Shown here piece by piece: positions 19,261-29,060 of a stretch of 64,000 bases of DNA (position 1 is its first letter; the number at the start of each line of letters is the position of its first letter). The position numbers and the translations under genes were made by a program. Location: contig DATIJX010000031.1 of assembly GCA_035478175.1 (NCBI GenBank), positions 2,854 to 66,853 of the forward strand, in the 5' to 3' direction. The notes under the pieces were generated by a model that saw only the letters and a list, made by a program, of their open reading frames with translations, ran no database searches and had not been told where the DNA came from. The DNA is from Ignavibacteriaceae bacterium (GTDB lineage: Bacteria > Bacteroidota > Ignavibacteria > Ignavibacteriales > Ignavibacteriaceae).

Positions 19261-19417
19261 AAACAAAAGTCCCAACATCAGAAGGCTTTAGCCCAAAATA
19301 TTTCCCACAATTTAAATATTTTTAACTAACACCAATTTTTCTTAATTAGTACTATAATATTTATTCTACAGCTAATTTGTGTTATATTAAAATAAAATCT
19401 TTAAGGAAATTTTAATT

Positions 19418-19621
19418 ATGGAACAGCATATAATTTCAGATCCGAATATTATGATGGGCAAGCCTGTGGTTGCAGGAACAAGAATTACGGTTGAGTTTAT
19501 TTTAGAAAAGCTTTCAGATGGTGAGACGATCGAAGAAATAATTAAATCACATCCAAGGCTTACCAAAGAAGGTATTCAAGCGGCCTTAAATTTTAGAACA
19601 ACCGATAGATCAACTCACTGA
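19418..19621 (+). CDS. DUF433-domain protein (antitoxin-like), no partner gene
   Basis: 67 aa. DPNIMMGKPVVAGTRITVEFILEKLSDGETIEEIIKSHPRLTKEGIQAAL is the DUF433 pattern. Confidence 0.7.
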   Translation: MEQHIISDPNIMMGKPVVAGTRITVEFILEKLSDGETIEEIIKSHPRLTKEGIQAALNFRTTDRSTH

Positions 19622-19687
19622 GAGTTCAAAATTACCTGCCAAAATTCCGGGTACTGTAATATCCTCATCAATTTCTTCCGCCACAAA

Positions 19688-20143
19688 TCATTCACCTGCA
19701 CTTTTGAGTATTTTCTTTTCCAGTTCAGGAGTTAAATGAAAATTTGTCTTTCTGATTTTGTTAATTATCGGACGTACAGAAGTTATATAACCTTTTGATT
19801 TTGCCTCAACCAGCAGTGCAATTGTGCCGGTGTATTTCAGATTTAACTCAGCAGCTAACCTCCGTGCTTTTTGATCATCAAGGATCAGAAGGCAATCAGA
19901 ATGTTCTACAGCAAGAGCTATCGCACTTGCTTCCCCAGAGTCAACAGTTAATTCCAAAATCTTCTGGTAATTTTTGTTCTCAGGGTTATTGATTGAAATC
20001 CATTCAGGCAAGGGATTACCGAATTCTTCGGCAATTAATGAAGTGATTATTACTGTCCCAAATAACTTCCTAAGAAGTTCTAATTCTTCAATTTTTTCCA
20101 GGAGTACCAGACAGCTTGAATCAGCTATAATAGTTTTTTGCAT
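19688..20143 (-). CDS. DUF3368/PIN-like nuclease toxin
   Basis: 151 aa. IIADSSCLVLL, GEASAIALA and LILDDQKARRLA fit the PIN-like acidic pattern. It overlaps the upstream UPF0175 gene by 23 nt. Confidence 0.7.
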   Translation of the reverse strand: MQKTIIADSSCLVLLEKIEELELLRKLFGTVIITSLIAEEFGNPLPEWISINNPENKNYQKILELTVDSGEASAIALAVEHSDCLLILDDQKARRLAAELNLKYTGTIALLVEAKSKGYITSVRPIINKIRKTNFHLTPELEKKILKSAGE

Positions 20144-20363
20144 TAGCTATATCAGTATCCAGTTCTTCTGGTGGGGAATTAAATACGGAAACACCATAGT
20201 TGCTCAGTAATTCCATAAAAGTCTTTTTAGAATACCCGGCGAGCTCTGCTGCCTGACCCAGAGAAAGCTTTCCTGTTTCGTATAACTTTGCAGCAAGGAG
20301 AGTAGCGGTCTCCTTCGGAGTCAGATCAAATTTATCTGGTAGATTTATAGTTAGTATTTTCAT
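20121..20363 (-). CDS. UPF0175-family antitoxin
   Basis: I place the start at ATG 20363 (MKILTINLPD...), 80 aa. LAAKLYETGKLSLGQAAELAGYSKKTFMELL is the typical UPF0175 HTH region. Confidence 0.7.
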   Translation of the reverse strand: MKILTINLPDKFDLTPKETATLLAAKLYETGKLSLGQAAELAGYSKKTFMELLSNYGVSVFNSPPEELDTDIANAKNYYS

Positions 20364-20468
20364 AACGGTTGCTAAAATATAGAAATTCGCACTCAATTTC
20401 ACTCTACTTTCAATTTTCAATATTTTTGAAACGCCAATAATTTTTAACAACAATTCATAAGTAAAACT

Positions 20469-21734
20469 ATGTACCGCAGAACCAAATACGACTTAAAGCA
20501 GGAACTAACTTCAATAAAAGAAGCAAATCTTTACAAAGATGAGAGAATAATTCTCTCGGACCAGAAAGCAAAAATAAAAGTTTCTTATCCCAGTAAATCA
20601 AAGCCAAAAGAAGTACTCAACTTTTGTTCTAATAATTATCTCGGACTTGCAAATCATCCTGAAATAATTAAAGCTGCACAAAGAGCATTAGACACACATG
20701 GTTTTGGTTTAGCTTCAGTAAGATTCATTTGCGGTACCCAGGATATTCACAAAGAACTTGAAAAAAGAATTGCCGATTTCTACCAGATGGATGATGCAAT
20801 ACTTTATTCTTCCTGCTTTGATGCAAACGGTGGGTTGTTTGAAAGTATTCTCGGTCAGGATGATGTGATAATTACAGATCAGCTAAACCACGCAAGCATT
20901 ATTGATGGTATTCGATTGTGCAAAGCGAGAAGATTAATTTATGAACACTCGGATATGAAATCACTTGAACAGAAATTAATTCTTGCACGTGAAGGCGCAA
21001 ATATTTGGGAACACACAGGACTTGGCCAGGAACCTCATCCGGCAAAAAATATTTTAATCGTAACTGATGGTGTATTTTCGATGGATGGTGACATTGCAAA
21101 AATTGGTGAGATTGTAAAGCTTGCAAATAAATACGATGCGCTGGTTATGGTTGATGATTGTCACGCCACCGGATTTTTGGGTAAAACTGGTCGTGGTTCT
21201 CTTGAGTATTGTAATGTCCTTGGTGAAGTAGATATCATCACTTCAACTTTGGGCAAAGCGATGGGCGGTGCTTCCGGCGGATTCACTGCATCTAAAAAAG
21301 AAATTGTTGATATGCTCAGGCAAAGATCGAGACCTTATCTCTTTTCCAACTCGCTTGCGCCTGCGATCGTCGGGGCTTCGATTGCAGCTTTTAATCTTCT
21401 TGAAAAATCGAACGACCTGCGTGATAAGTTAATGGAGAACACAAAATACTTCCGTGAAAAAATGAAAGCACTCGGTTTTGATTTGATTGAAAGTATTCAT
21501 CCGATTGTTCCTGTTCTCTTCAGAAAATTTGAGAACGATGCTCAACTCGCACAGCAAATTTCAAAAGAACTTTATGATGAAGGAATTTATGTTGTGGGAT
21601 TTTCTTATCCTGTTGTTCCAAAAGGGCAGGCAAGAATACGCGTACAAAATTCTGCCGCACATTCAAAGGCTGATCTTGATGCTTGTATAAATGCGTTTGC
21701 GAAGGTGGGACGAAAGCATCGCGTGATTAGCTGA
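20469..21734 (+). CDS. kbl: glycine C-acetyltransferase (2-amino-3-ketobutyrate CoA ligase)
   Basis: 421 aa, colinear with E. coli Kbl as I recall it ([55 protein letters not shown]). It is convergent with tdh. Confidence 0.88.
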   Translation: MYRRTKYDLKQELTSIKEANLYKDERIILSDQKAKIKVSYPSKSKPKEVLNFCSNNYLGLANHPEIIKAAQRALDTHGFGLASVRFICGTQDIHKELEKRIADFYQMDDAILYSSCFDANGGLFESILGQDDVIITDQLNHASIIDGIRLCKARRLIYEHSDMKSLEQKLILAREGANIWEHTGLGQEPHPAKNILIVTDGVFSMDGDIAKIGEIVKLANKYDALVMVDDCHATGFLGKTGRGSLEYCNVLGEVDIITSTLGKAMGGASGGFTASKKEIVDMLRQRSRPYLFSNSLAPAIVGASIAAFNLLEKSNDLRDKLMENTKYFREKMKALGFDLIESIHPIVPVLFRKFENDAQLAQQISKELYDEGIYVVGFSYPVVPKGQARIRVQNSAAHSKADLDACINAFAKVGRKHRVIS

Positions 21735-21739
21735 AGCGA

Positions 21740-21809
21740 GATGCTGGATACTAGATGCTGGATACTGGATACTAGATATCAAATACTGGTCTTTGTATGC
21801 TGGATTCTG
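21740..21809. repeat. left arm of short-unit inverted repeat (GATGCTGG / CTGGATACT units)
   Basis: It starts 6 nt after the kbl stop. The units recur as reverse complements at 22271-22361. Confidence 0.7.
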
Positions 21810-21830
21810 AAAACCTTAGCTAAGCGGTTG

Positions 21831-22205
21831 TTACTTATCGCTGAGATGTTCTTTTTTAACAGATTGAAGAAAGCGATTTATTTTTTTGCCCAAGGTTTCT
21901 AGTTTAGAGTGTAATTCTTTATATAATTTTTCATCAGTGAGCGACCCTGTTTCAAATAAATTTTCAAGATGGTCTATCGTTTCATCATTTGACGCTAAAG
22001 ATATTGTAATATACCGTTCATAATCACTTTTATAGTTTCGTCTTCCATATCCTTCAACAATAGTTGACTTCACCGATTTAGATGATCTTCTAATCTGACT
22101 GCCTTCCTCATACATTTCAAATTTTGGAAGTGTTAGAGTCATCTTATGAATTTCAATAACAACTTCTCTTGCAAGTTGCCATATTTCTAAATTTCTGTAA
22201 CTCAT
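21831..22205 (-). CDS. four-helix-bundle protein (23S rRNA intervening-sequence protein family)
   Basis: 124 aa. [14 protein letters not shown]...[27 protein letters not shown]...[10 protein letters not shown] matches that family pattern. Confidence 0.85.
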   Translation of the reverse strand: MSYRNLEIWQLAREVVIEIHKMTLTLPKFEMYEEGSQIRRSSKSVKSTIVEGYGRRNYKSDYERYITISLASNDETIDHLENLFETGSLTDEKLYKELHSKLETLGKKINRFLQSVKKEHLSDK

Positions 22206-22270
22206 CGTTTTTGTTTATTAGTTTTTAAGTAAAATTACAAACATTCAGCTTCTAGAATAAGGCAACCAAT

Positions 22271-22361
22271 ATCTAGGATTGAGTACCTAGCTTCCAGTAT
22301 CCAGAATCAAGTACCCAGCATCCATTTGCTTAAACCAGCATCAAGTATCCAGTATCTAGAA
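22271..22361. repeat. right arm of short-unit inverted repeat (CCAGTATCCAG / CCAGCATC units)
   Basis: It ends exactly at the tdh stop codon. It is the reverse complement of the left-arm units. Confidence 0.7.
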
Positions 22362-23399
22362 TCAAGCCTCCCAATCCAGTATAACTTTACCTGAATTTCC
22401 TGACTTCATTATTTCAAATCCTTCAAGGTAATCATCAATCTTAAAACGATGAGTAATGATTGGACTAATCGGTAATCCACTTTGGACCATTGCCTGCATT
22501 TTAAACCAGGTTTCGAACATCATTCTCCCATAAATTCCACGAATGGTAAGTCCGTTAAAAATTACTTTGCCCCAATTAATGCCTGCCTTTTCAGGAAGGA
22601 TTCCGAGTAATGCAATTTTTCCACCGTGATACATTACTTCAATCATATCATTGAATGCATGGATGCTTCCGCTCATTTCCAATCCAACATCAAAGCCACC
22701 AACCATACCAAGTTCTTTAACAACATCAGGAAGTTTTTCTTTTGTGATGTCGACTGCTCTTGTCACTCCAAGTTTTCTTGCAAGTTCAAGTCGATAAGGA
22801 TTCATATCTGTAATAACAACATTTCTTGCACCTGAATGTTTAACGATAGCTGCAGCCATTATTCCTATTGGTCCTGCACCGGTTATTAAAACATCTTCAC
22901 CAAGTACATTAAATGAAAGCGCAGTATGAACTGCATTACCCAATGGATCAAATATTGAAAAAATTTCTTTTGGGATTTTTGGATCGCAATGCCAAATGTT
23001 TGAAACAGGAATGACAAGATATTCAGCAAAACAGCCGGGACGATTGACTCCAACTCCTTTTGTATTTGGACAAAGATGTCCTCTACCCTCACGGCAGTTA
23101 CGACAAGTACCGCAAACGATATGACCTTCGCCGCTAACCAACTCACCAACTTTTACATCTTGAACATTGCTTCCAACAGCTTCAACTGTTCCGACATATT
23201 CGTGTCCTACATGCATTGGAACAGGAATTGTTTTTTGTGCCCATTCATCCCAGTTATAAATGTGAATATCAGTTCCGCAAATTGAAGTTTTATGGATTTT
23301 AATTAATACATCATTTGGTCCATATTCTGGAACAGGAACTTCGTCCATCCAGATACCGGGTTTAGCATATTTTTTTACGAGAGCTTTCATTTTTTTCAT
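22362..23399 (-). CDS. tdh: L-threonine 3-dehydrogenase
   Basis: 345 aa Zn-dependent medium-chain dehydrogenase ([36 protein letters not shown]). It pairs with kbl. Confidence 0.93.
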   Translation of the reverse strand: MKKMKALVKKYAKPGIWMDEVPVPEYGPNDVLIKIHKTSICGTDIHIYNWDEWAQKTIPVPMHVGHEYVGTVEAVGSNVQDVKVGELVSGEGHIVCGTCRNCREGRGHLCPNTKGVGVNRPGCFAEYLVIPVSNIWHCDPKIPKEIFSIFDPLGNAVHTALSFNVLGEDVLITGAGPIGIMAAAIVKHSGARNVVITDMNPYRLELARKLGVTRAVDITKEKLPDVVKELGMVGGFDVGLEMSGSIHAFNDMIEVMYHGGKIALLGILPEKAGINWGKVIFNGLTIRGIYGRMMFETWFKMQAMVQSGLPISPIITHRFKIDDYLEGFEIMKSGNSGKVILDWEA

Positions 23400-23554
23400 G
23401 ATTTTACCTTTCGGGAAGTGAGATTAGCAGGCTACTTATTGTATTTTTCAAAATAAAAATTAATTACAATTTAAACTTAGATATAAGGTAAGTAAACAGC
23501 AATAATATATTGCCGGTAGAGGGAAAAAGGAAAAGTGTTAATTTGAATTTTAAT

Positions 23555-23968
23555 TTATATCAGAGAAAATAAAGCAAAATCCATTTTACCTAGTAAGTGA
23601 GGTTTACTTTGAATTTCTTTCATCTTCTTACTAACCCATTCTTCATCAATTTCATTTTTACTTGCAGTTTCCTTTAACCAATTTGTTTCATCATCACTAA
23701 TCTTATCATCTGAGAGGGCTAGCTTTAATCCATCTTCGATAAAAGATTTGGCAATACTCTTATCAGAAAATATTATGGGTTCTTCTGTTATATATCTATT
23801 ATCAAGAAGATTTGTAATAGTTTCATTAAAAAAGTCTGTTGAAAAACCAAGACGTGTTGAAATTTTTTTTATGATTGAAATTTCTGTTTCGTTCAGCTGA
23901 TTGTCTTTTCTTGCAGTGATTAACAAACCTTTCAGGTAACTGCTGCGATCGAGTTGGGGAATCTCCAA
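23555..23968 (-). CDS. hypothetical protein, possibly TerB-like
   Basis: 137-aa helical acidic ORF. The family assignment is weak. Confidence 0.45.
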   Translation of the reverse strand: MEIPQLDRSSYLKGLLITARKDNQLNETEISIIKKISTRLGFSTDFFNETITNLLDNRYITEEPIIFSDKSIAKSFIEDGLKLALSDDKISDDETNWLKETASKNEIDEEWVSKKMKEIQSKPHLLGKMDFALFSLI

Positions 23969-24320
23969 AATAACCTCACGTTAATTTGATGTTGTTCAAA
24001 GCTAATTAATTTGAGTTGATCAAAAAATGCTTTTACAAATGCACTCAAACATAATACCATAACACTCGTCCAAAACTTAAATAATGAAGATTTGAATTTC
24101 AAAGCGATAAACGGTGGACTATGACTATTTTCAAAGATTTAACATTTAAATAATCCATTTACTTTATAATCATTAAGTTTTTATTACCGATTCCAAAATC
24201 AATTTTACTGACCTCATTTGATATATTTGTATCATTGTAAAATATTGACGCTCCTGAGTAACTCTTAAATATTTATTTTTAAGTAGAAGAAATATCACTT
24301 TAATTACCAGAAGAATTTCA

Positions 24321-26084
24321 ATGACTATTTTAAAATTATTCTTACTTTCTCTTGTTTTATTATTGACTCATCAAGCACTTCCTCAGCAGGAAGATCAAAA
24401 CTGGAAAACAGTATTTGAAAAGTCGGGGTTCATCTCAACTGCTGATTATGATCAGACGATGAATTGTTTTCAAAGCTTTGCGGACAATTCTGAATTTGCT
24501 GAATTTTTAACCTTCGGCATTTCACCACAAGGAAGGGAATTGAAGTATCTTGTCGTCTCCAAAGACAAATTTTTTAATGCTGCTGAATTGAAAGCGGCGA
24601 ATAAACCGCTGCTGTTTGTTATAAATGGAATTCATTCAGGAGAAATTGAAGGAAAAGATGCATCAATGATTTTATTGAGGGAAATATTAGTGACTAAAGA
24701 AAAAGAATATTTGCTTGATAGTATCAATATAATTGTTGTCCCAATATTTAGTGTGGATGGACACGAAAGAAAAAGTAAATACAACCGGATAAATCAAAAT
24801 GGTCCGGAAGAAATGGGCTGGAGAACAACAGCTCAAAATTTAAATCTTAACCGCGACTGGATGAAAGCAGACGCTCCTGAAATGCAGGCAATGATAAAGC
24901 TGGTAAATGAATGGGATCCTGATTTTGTAATTGATACTCACACAACTAACGGAGCCGATTATCAATACACTGTGACATATTCAGTCGAATGGTCAAAGAA
25001 TATGTTTAAGCAATCTGCCGACTGGCTTGGTGAAAAGTTTGTTCCTTTTCTTGAGAATCGTGTTGAGGAAAAAGGATTTCTTATCTATCCTTATGTCTAT
25101 TTGAAAAATTGGGATAAAGGTTTGGACGAGGGTTTAATTTACTGGCCATCAACACCAAGGTTTTCATCAGGTTACTTTGCACTTCAGAACAGACCAATGC
25201 TTCTGGTTGAAACTCATATGCTCAAACCATACAAGGAAAGAGTTTATTCGACTAAAGCTGTCTTAGAAACGACGATGGAATTCGTTTTCAATAATTCTAC
25301 AGAACTTAAAGAACTAAATCGTAAAGCAGATAAAGAAACAGCAAAGCTTTGTAGTGAATGTAAATATCTGCCAATTTCTTTTTCAAATACAGATAATTAC
25401 GAACTAATGAACTTTAAAGGTTATGAATATTATTGGGACGCATCTGCGGTTTCGGGAACAAACAGGCTGATTTATACAAATAACAAAAAAGATTTTAAGG
25501 TAAAATATTTTACTGATGTGTTTGTGAAAGATTCAGTGAATGTTGCTAAAGGATATTACATCCCTCCAGAATATTCATATTTAGTCAACAGAATTTCTCT
25601 TCATGGAATTGAACTTGGCTCGATTGTAAGAAGAGATTCCGTCGTTACCGTAACAAAATACAAATTTAAGGAAGTGAAGTACGAACCGACTTCTTACGAA
25701 GGTAGACAAAGAGTGAGTTTTGTTTGTGATACATACACAGAAGAAGTGAAAATTCCAGCAGGTAGTTTTTATTACTCAACAGATTCAAGAACGGCCAGAG
25801 TGCTTACCCATCTGTTAGAACCAAAATCTTCCGACTCCTTTGTCCAATGGGGATTTATGAATCAAATCTTCGAACAGAAAGAATATTATGAAGATTACGT
25901 GATGGAAAAGTTAGCCGAGGAAATGTTAGAAAATGATCCTGAATTAAAAAAAGAATTTGAAGAAAAATTAGAAACTGATGAGGCTTTCAGAAATAATTCC
26001 AGTGCAAGATTGGATTTCTTTTATGAAAGATCACCATATCCTGATAAACAGTTGAATGTTTATCCACTTCTGCGTGTAGAATAA
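24321..26084 (+). CDS. secreted M14-family zinc carboxypeptidase
   Basis: Signal peptide, INGIHSGEIEG (HxxE zinc site), NLNRDW and DTHTTNGADY. Confidence 0.85.
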   Translation: MTILKLFLLSLVLLLTHQALPQQEDQNWKTVFEKSGFISTADYDQTMNCFQSFADNSEFAEFLTFGISPQGRELKYLVVSKDKFFNAAELKAANKPLLFVINGIHSGEIEGKDASMILLREILVTKEKEYLLDSINIIVVPIFSVDGHERKSKYNRINQNGPEEMGWRTTAQNLNLNRDWMKADAPEMQAMIKLVNEWDPDFVIDTHTTNGADYQYTVTYSVEWSKNMFKQSADWLGEKFVPFLENRVEEKGFLIYPYVYLKNWDKGLDEGLIYWPSTPRFSSGYFALQNRPMLLVETHMLKPYKERVYSTKAVLETTMEFVFNNSTELKELNRKADKETAKLCSECKYLPISFSNTDNYELMNFKGYEYYWDASAVSGTNRLIYTNNKKDFKVKYFTDVFVKDSVNVAKGYYIPPEYSYLVNRISLHGIELGSIVRRDSVVTVTKYKFKEVKYEPTSYEGRQRVSFVCDTYTEEVKIPAGSFYYSTDSRTARVLTHLLEPKSSDSFVQWGFMNQIFEQKEYYEDYVMEKLAEEMLENDPELKKEFEEKLETDEAFRNNSSARLDFFYERSPYPDKQLNVYPLLRVE

Positions 26085-26087
26085 AAT

Positions 26088-26106
26088 AGCGGAGATAAAC
26101 TCCGCT
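26088..26106. terminator. hairpin between convergent genes
   Basis: AGCGGAG-ATAAA-CTCCGCT. Confidence 0.55.
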
Positions 26107-26112
26107 GAAAAA

Positions 26113-26706
26113 CTACTTTACTGATACAATCTGATCTGGTGGCAACGGGTCAGGTACTTTGTTCTTAACCGCAGGCAGAGATTTTAAGTACGCGAACATA
26201 CATCTCAAATCCTCTTCAGGTAATTGAGCCAGGTTCTGCCAGGGCATTGGAGGCATAATTGGTCGACCGTCTGCAACACCAAGATGTTTACCTGTTTTCA
26301 TTGCAGTTACAAACATCTCAGGCTGCCAGGTTCCTATTCCAGTTTCATTATCAGGTGTAAGGTTTGCTGAGAAAGTAATTCCCCAGGGTCCAACTGTCAT
26401 AGTCAAATCGTGAGACATATAAGCCCATTGACGAATCAGAGAAGTATCCACTGGCGGAATTGGAGTTCCTGCAGGATGACCTGAGAGACGTCTGGTCATA
26501 TCTAACTCCGGACTTTTTGGACCAAAGTTTTTTGGTGTATGGCAATCATCGCAGCCACCTACAGTAACAAGAAACTTTCCTCTTTCAATCATTTGCTGAT
26601 CAGTCATTTTAGTTTTCTCCTGCTGAGCTTCACAACTGATAAAAAGAACAACTGAAGAAACAATGAACAAAGAGAGATAAACACGAACTAGCCCTTTAGG
26701 TTTCAT
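26113..26706 (-). CDS. c-type cytochrome (single CxxCH)
   Basis: Signal/lipoprotein N-terminus, GGCDDCHTP heme motif and a distal MPPMPW region. Confidence 0.8.
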   Translation of the reverse strand: MKPKGLVRVYLSLFIVSSVVLFISCEAQQEKTKMTDQQMIERGKFLVTVGGCDDCHTPKNFGPKSPELDMTRRLSGHPAGTPIPPVDTSLIRQWAYMSHDLTMTVGPWGITFSANLTPDNETGIGTWQPEMFVTAMKTGKHLGVADGRPIMPPMPWQNLAQLPEEDLRCMFAYLKSLPAVKNKVPDPLPPDQIVSVK

Positions 26707-26916
26707 AAATAAACCTCCTTAGTTTATTGATGATGATGAAAAAAAAATAACAGATGAACGGGCACAAACATAGAACGTAACTTGCTAAATAGCAATTAAA
26801 TTGGTGATAAGCGGTTCAGTGAAGAGTTAAAATGTATTTGGATTATGTGAACTTTTATAGCAAACGAACAATAGTTTTTAATAAGCAATAGTAAAATAAA
26901 ATTGTAGTAAATTTTG

Positions 26917-27455
26917 GCCAGCAATTATCAAGATTAGTTCAGTCAGAGGCTGATTGGCTTGGTGAAAAATTTGTTCCTTATCTGAAAATGTAGTTGAAAA
27001 AAGGGGCTTTTTAATTTTTCCTTATGTCTATTTGAAAACTGTAGTAAAGGACTTGACGAAGGGTTAATATACTGTCCATCAACACCAAGATTTTCATCAG
27101 GTTACTTTGCACTTCAGAACAGACCTATGCTTCTGGTTGAAACTCCTTCTGAGGGAAGACAATCTGTAACTTTTAATGACTCATTTATCGGAACCAAATT
27201 CTTCCGATTCATTTGTGCGATAGGGATTTATGAACCAGATCTTCGAACAAAAGAATACTACGAAGATTATGTGATGGAAAAGCTATCAGAAGAAATGTTG
27301 AAAATGATCCCGCATTAAAGAAAGAGTGTGAAAAAAGACTTGCTGAAGATAAAGCATTTAGATATAAGCCTTATGAAAGGCTAAATTTTTTTTATAAAAG
27401 ATCGCTTTATTGGGATAAGTCATTAAATTTGCATTCAATAATGCAAATTGATTAA
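26917..27455 (+). pseudogene. decayed, internally deleted copy of the M14 carboxypeptidase gene
   Basis: Nucleotide blocks align by eye to about 24955-25215 and about 25690-26084 of the intact gene, for example CATCAACACCAAG(A/G)TTTTCATCAGGTTACTTTGCACTTCAGAACAGACC. There are stops and frameshifts. ORF 27127-27318 is one fragment of it. Confidence 0.85.
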
Positions 27456-27794
27456 GTTAGATTTTGATATTTATTGTATTACTCTAAAAATAAACTTTTT
27501 ATTTGATATTTTTTTTATCAAATAAATAGATTATTAAAAAATATTACCATGCAAAAGAAGAAAATGCGCTTTTCTTCTAATTTTATTCAGTTAAAACCAG
27601 CCTTTTCTGGTAATACAAATCCAAATTCCATAAATAGTTTTATAGAAAAAATTATTGTTACTTGACAACAGCTTGTATTTGTTTATTATTTTTGAATGGA
27701 AGCTAACGTCAATTAATGCTTTTGAACATATAAGGTTAAGTTCATTTAAATATCTGTAATTAACTTATCATCAATAAATATAAAGGAGCTCTGA

Positions 27795-28877
27795 ATGAAA
27801 AAACTTCTAGTTTTCTTGTTTCTTTTTGCCGGAATTGCATTTTACGGATGCGATACTACCGAACCGAATGCAGATCCTAACACTGATATTCCGGCAGATC
27901 CGCAAAATGTTACCGTACCGGCCACCACGATCAATAATATACAGCCAACAGCTGTATTCACACCTGCTGCTAACAATCCGGGAAGAATTAAGGTTAACCT
28001 GACTGGTCTTATCAATCCTGTAACCCAGCAGCCAATAACCCTTTTCTATGATCTTAATAGTCCTGCATCCTCAAATATTTTCATAACTGAAGATGGGGTA
28101 GTAAAAGGACTAAAGGTCACTAAAGTTAGTACCGGAAATATACTTAATGCAGATTTAGTTTTTGTCGTTGATAATTCCGGCAGTATGTCAGAAGAAGCAG
28201 ATTCCATAGCAGCAAGTATTATTGAATTTGCAAATTTTCTGCAGACAAGCGGACTTAATGTTCAGTTTGCAGTTGTAGGTTATTCTAGCGGCGGTGTAAA
28301 TGGCGGAATAAATTTTACAACTGCTCAAATACTATCAACTTACCTTAACCGGGAAACAGGTACAAGCAGAACACGTGGATTTTCAGGGGCTGATAGTGCT
28401 GCTCTTGTAACCAGGGCGGATAATTTCGGTGAGGGTACCGGTGAAAATGGAGTGATCGCAGCAATATTCGCTGATAGCGTTTATAACTGGAGATCAGGTG
28501 CCCAGAGAGTAATTATTAATTTTACAGATGAACCAACTCAATCAGATGGCAATATGTGGAACAATGCAATGGGTTGCAGTTTGTTAGGCGGAAAAGCCAC
28601 CGTCCATACTGTTTTTAGTCAGGATAGCACTTATTATAATTGGTCTTCAACCGATGAGCGTCCCTGGGATCTCTCAAACTGTACCGGTGGAACAAATATA
28701 TTTATTCCTACTGATGCAGCCGGACTTGATCTTAAAAACCTACCTGTTGCGGGTGCACTTTCAAATAGTTATTTGGTTGAATACAGAGCCGGATCAACTG
28801 GTACATCCCACACAGTTGTTATTACAATTAAAGAAAATAATGCCGATGGTAAGCGCGAGTACACGGTTACTTACTAG
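27795..28877 (+). CDS. lipoprotein with von Willebrand factor A domain
   Basis: Lipobox FYGC and the MIDAS motif DLVFVVDNSGSMSEE. Confidence 0.8.
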   Translation: MKKLLVFLFLFAGIAFYGCDTTEPNADPNTDIPADPQNVTVPATTINNIQPTAVFTPAANNPGRIKVNLTGLINPVTQQPITLFYDLNSPASSNIFITEDGVVKGLKVTKVSTGNILNADLVFVVDNSGSMSEEADSIAASIIEFANFLQTSGLNVQFAVVGYSSGGVNGGINFTTAQILSTYLNRETGTSRTRGFSGADSAALVTRADNFGEGTGENGVIAAIFADSVYNWRSGAQRVIINFTDEPTQSDGNMWNNAMGCSLLGGKATVHTVFSQDSTYYNWSSTDERPWDLSNCTGGTNIFIPTDAAGLDLKNLPVAGALSNSYLVEYRAGSTGTSHTVVITIKENNADGKREYTVTY

Positions 28878-28907
28878 CTTTAGATAGTTTATCAATTTCT
28901 TTTATAT

Positions 28908-28947
28908 GGCTAAGTTCACTGAGTTAATGTGGACTTAGCCTTTTTTG
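28908..28947 (+). terminator. rho-independent terminator
   Basis: GGCTAAGT (28908-28915) pairs with ACTTAGCC (28933-28940), followed by TTTTTTG. Confidence 0.75.
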
Positions 28948-29060
28948 TTTTCTGAAATTTCACTCATGGATTCACCATACTACATTTATACTTATACTTT
29001 TCTTAAATTTAAATAAGTAATTCTTTCAAATATTTAACAATTCTTACAGGGAAAACTGCA

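Noticed and set aside
19616-19687. 24 sense codons continuing in frame after the TGA stop of the PIN-like gene (FVAEEIDEDITVPGILAGNFELSVS)
   Set aside because: The stretch is short, unsupported by any motif, and overlaps the DUF433 stop region. I considered read-through or a recent nonsense mutation, but it is not distinguishable from chance.
21740-21809. Possible CRISPR-like or tandem-repeat array (GATGCTGGATACT units)
   Set aside because: The units are 6-13 nt with no spacers, and the mirror copy on the other side of the four-helix-bundle gene shows it is one arm of an inverted repeat. No cas genes are present in the window.
27127-27318. 63-aa ORF
   Set aside because: It is a fragment of the decayed M14 peptidase copy. 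It contains MLLVET and KEYYEDYVMEKL from two distant parts of the parent gene, joined by a deletion.
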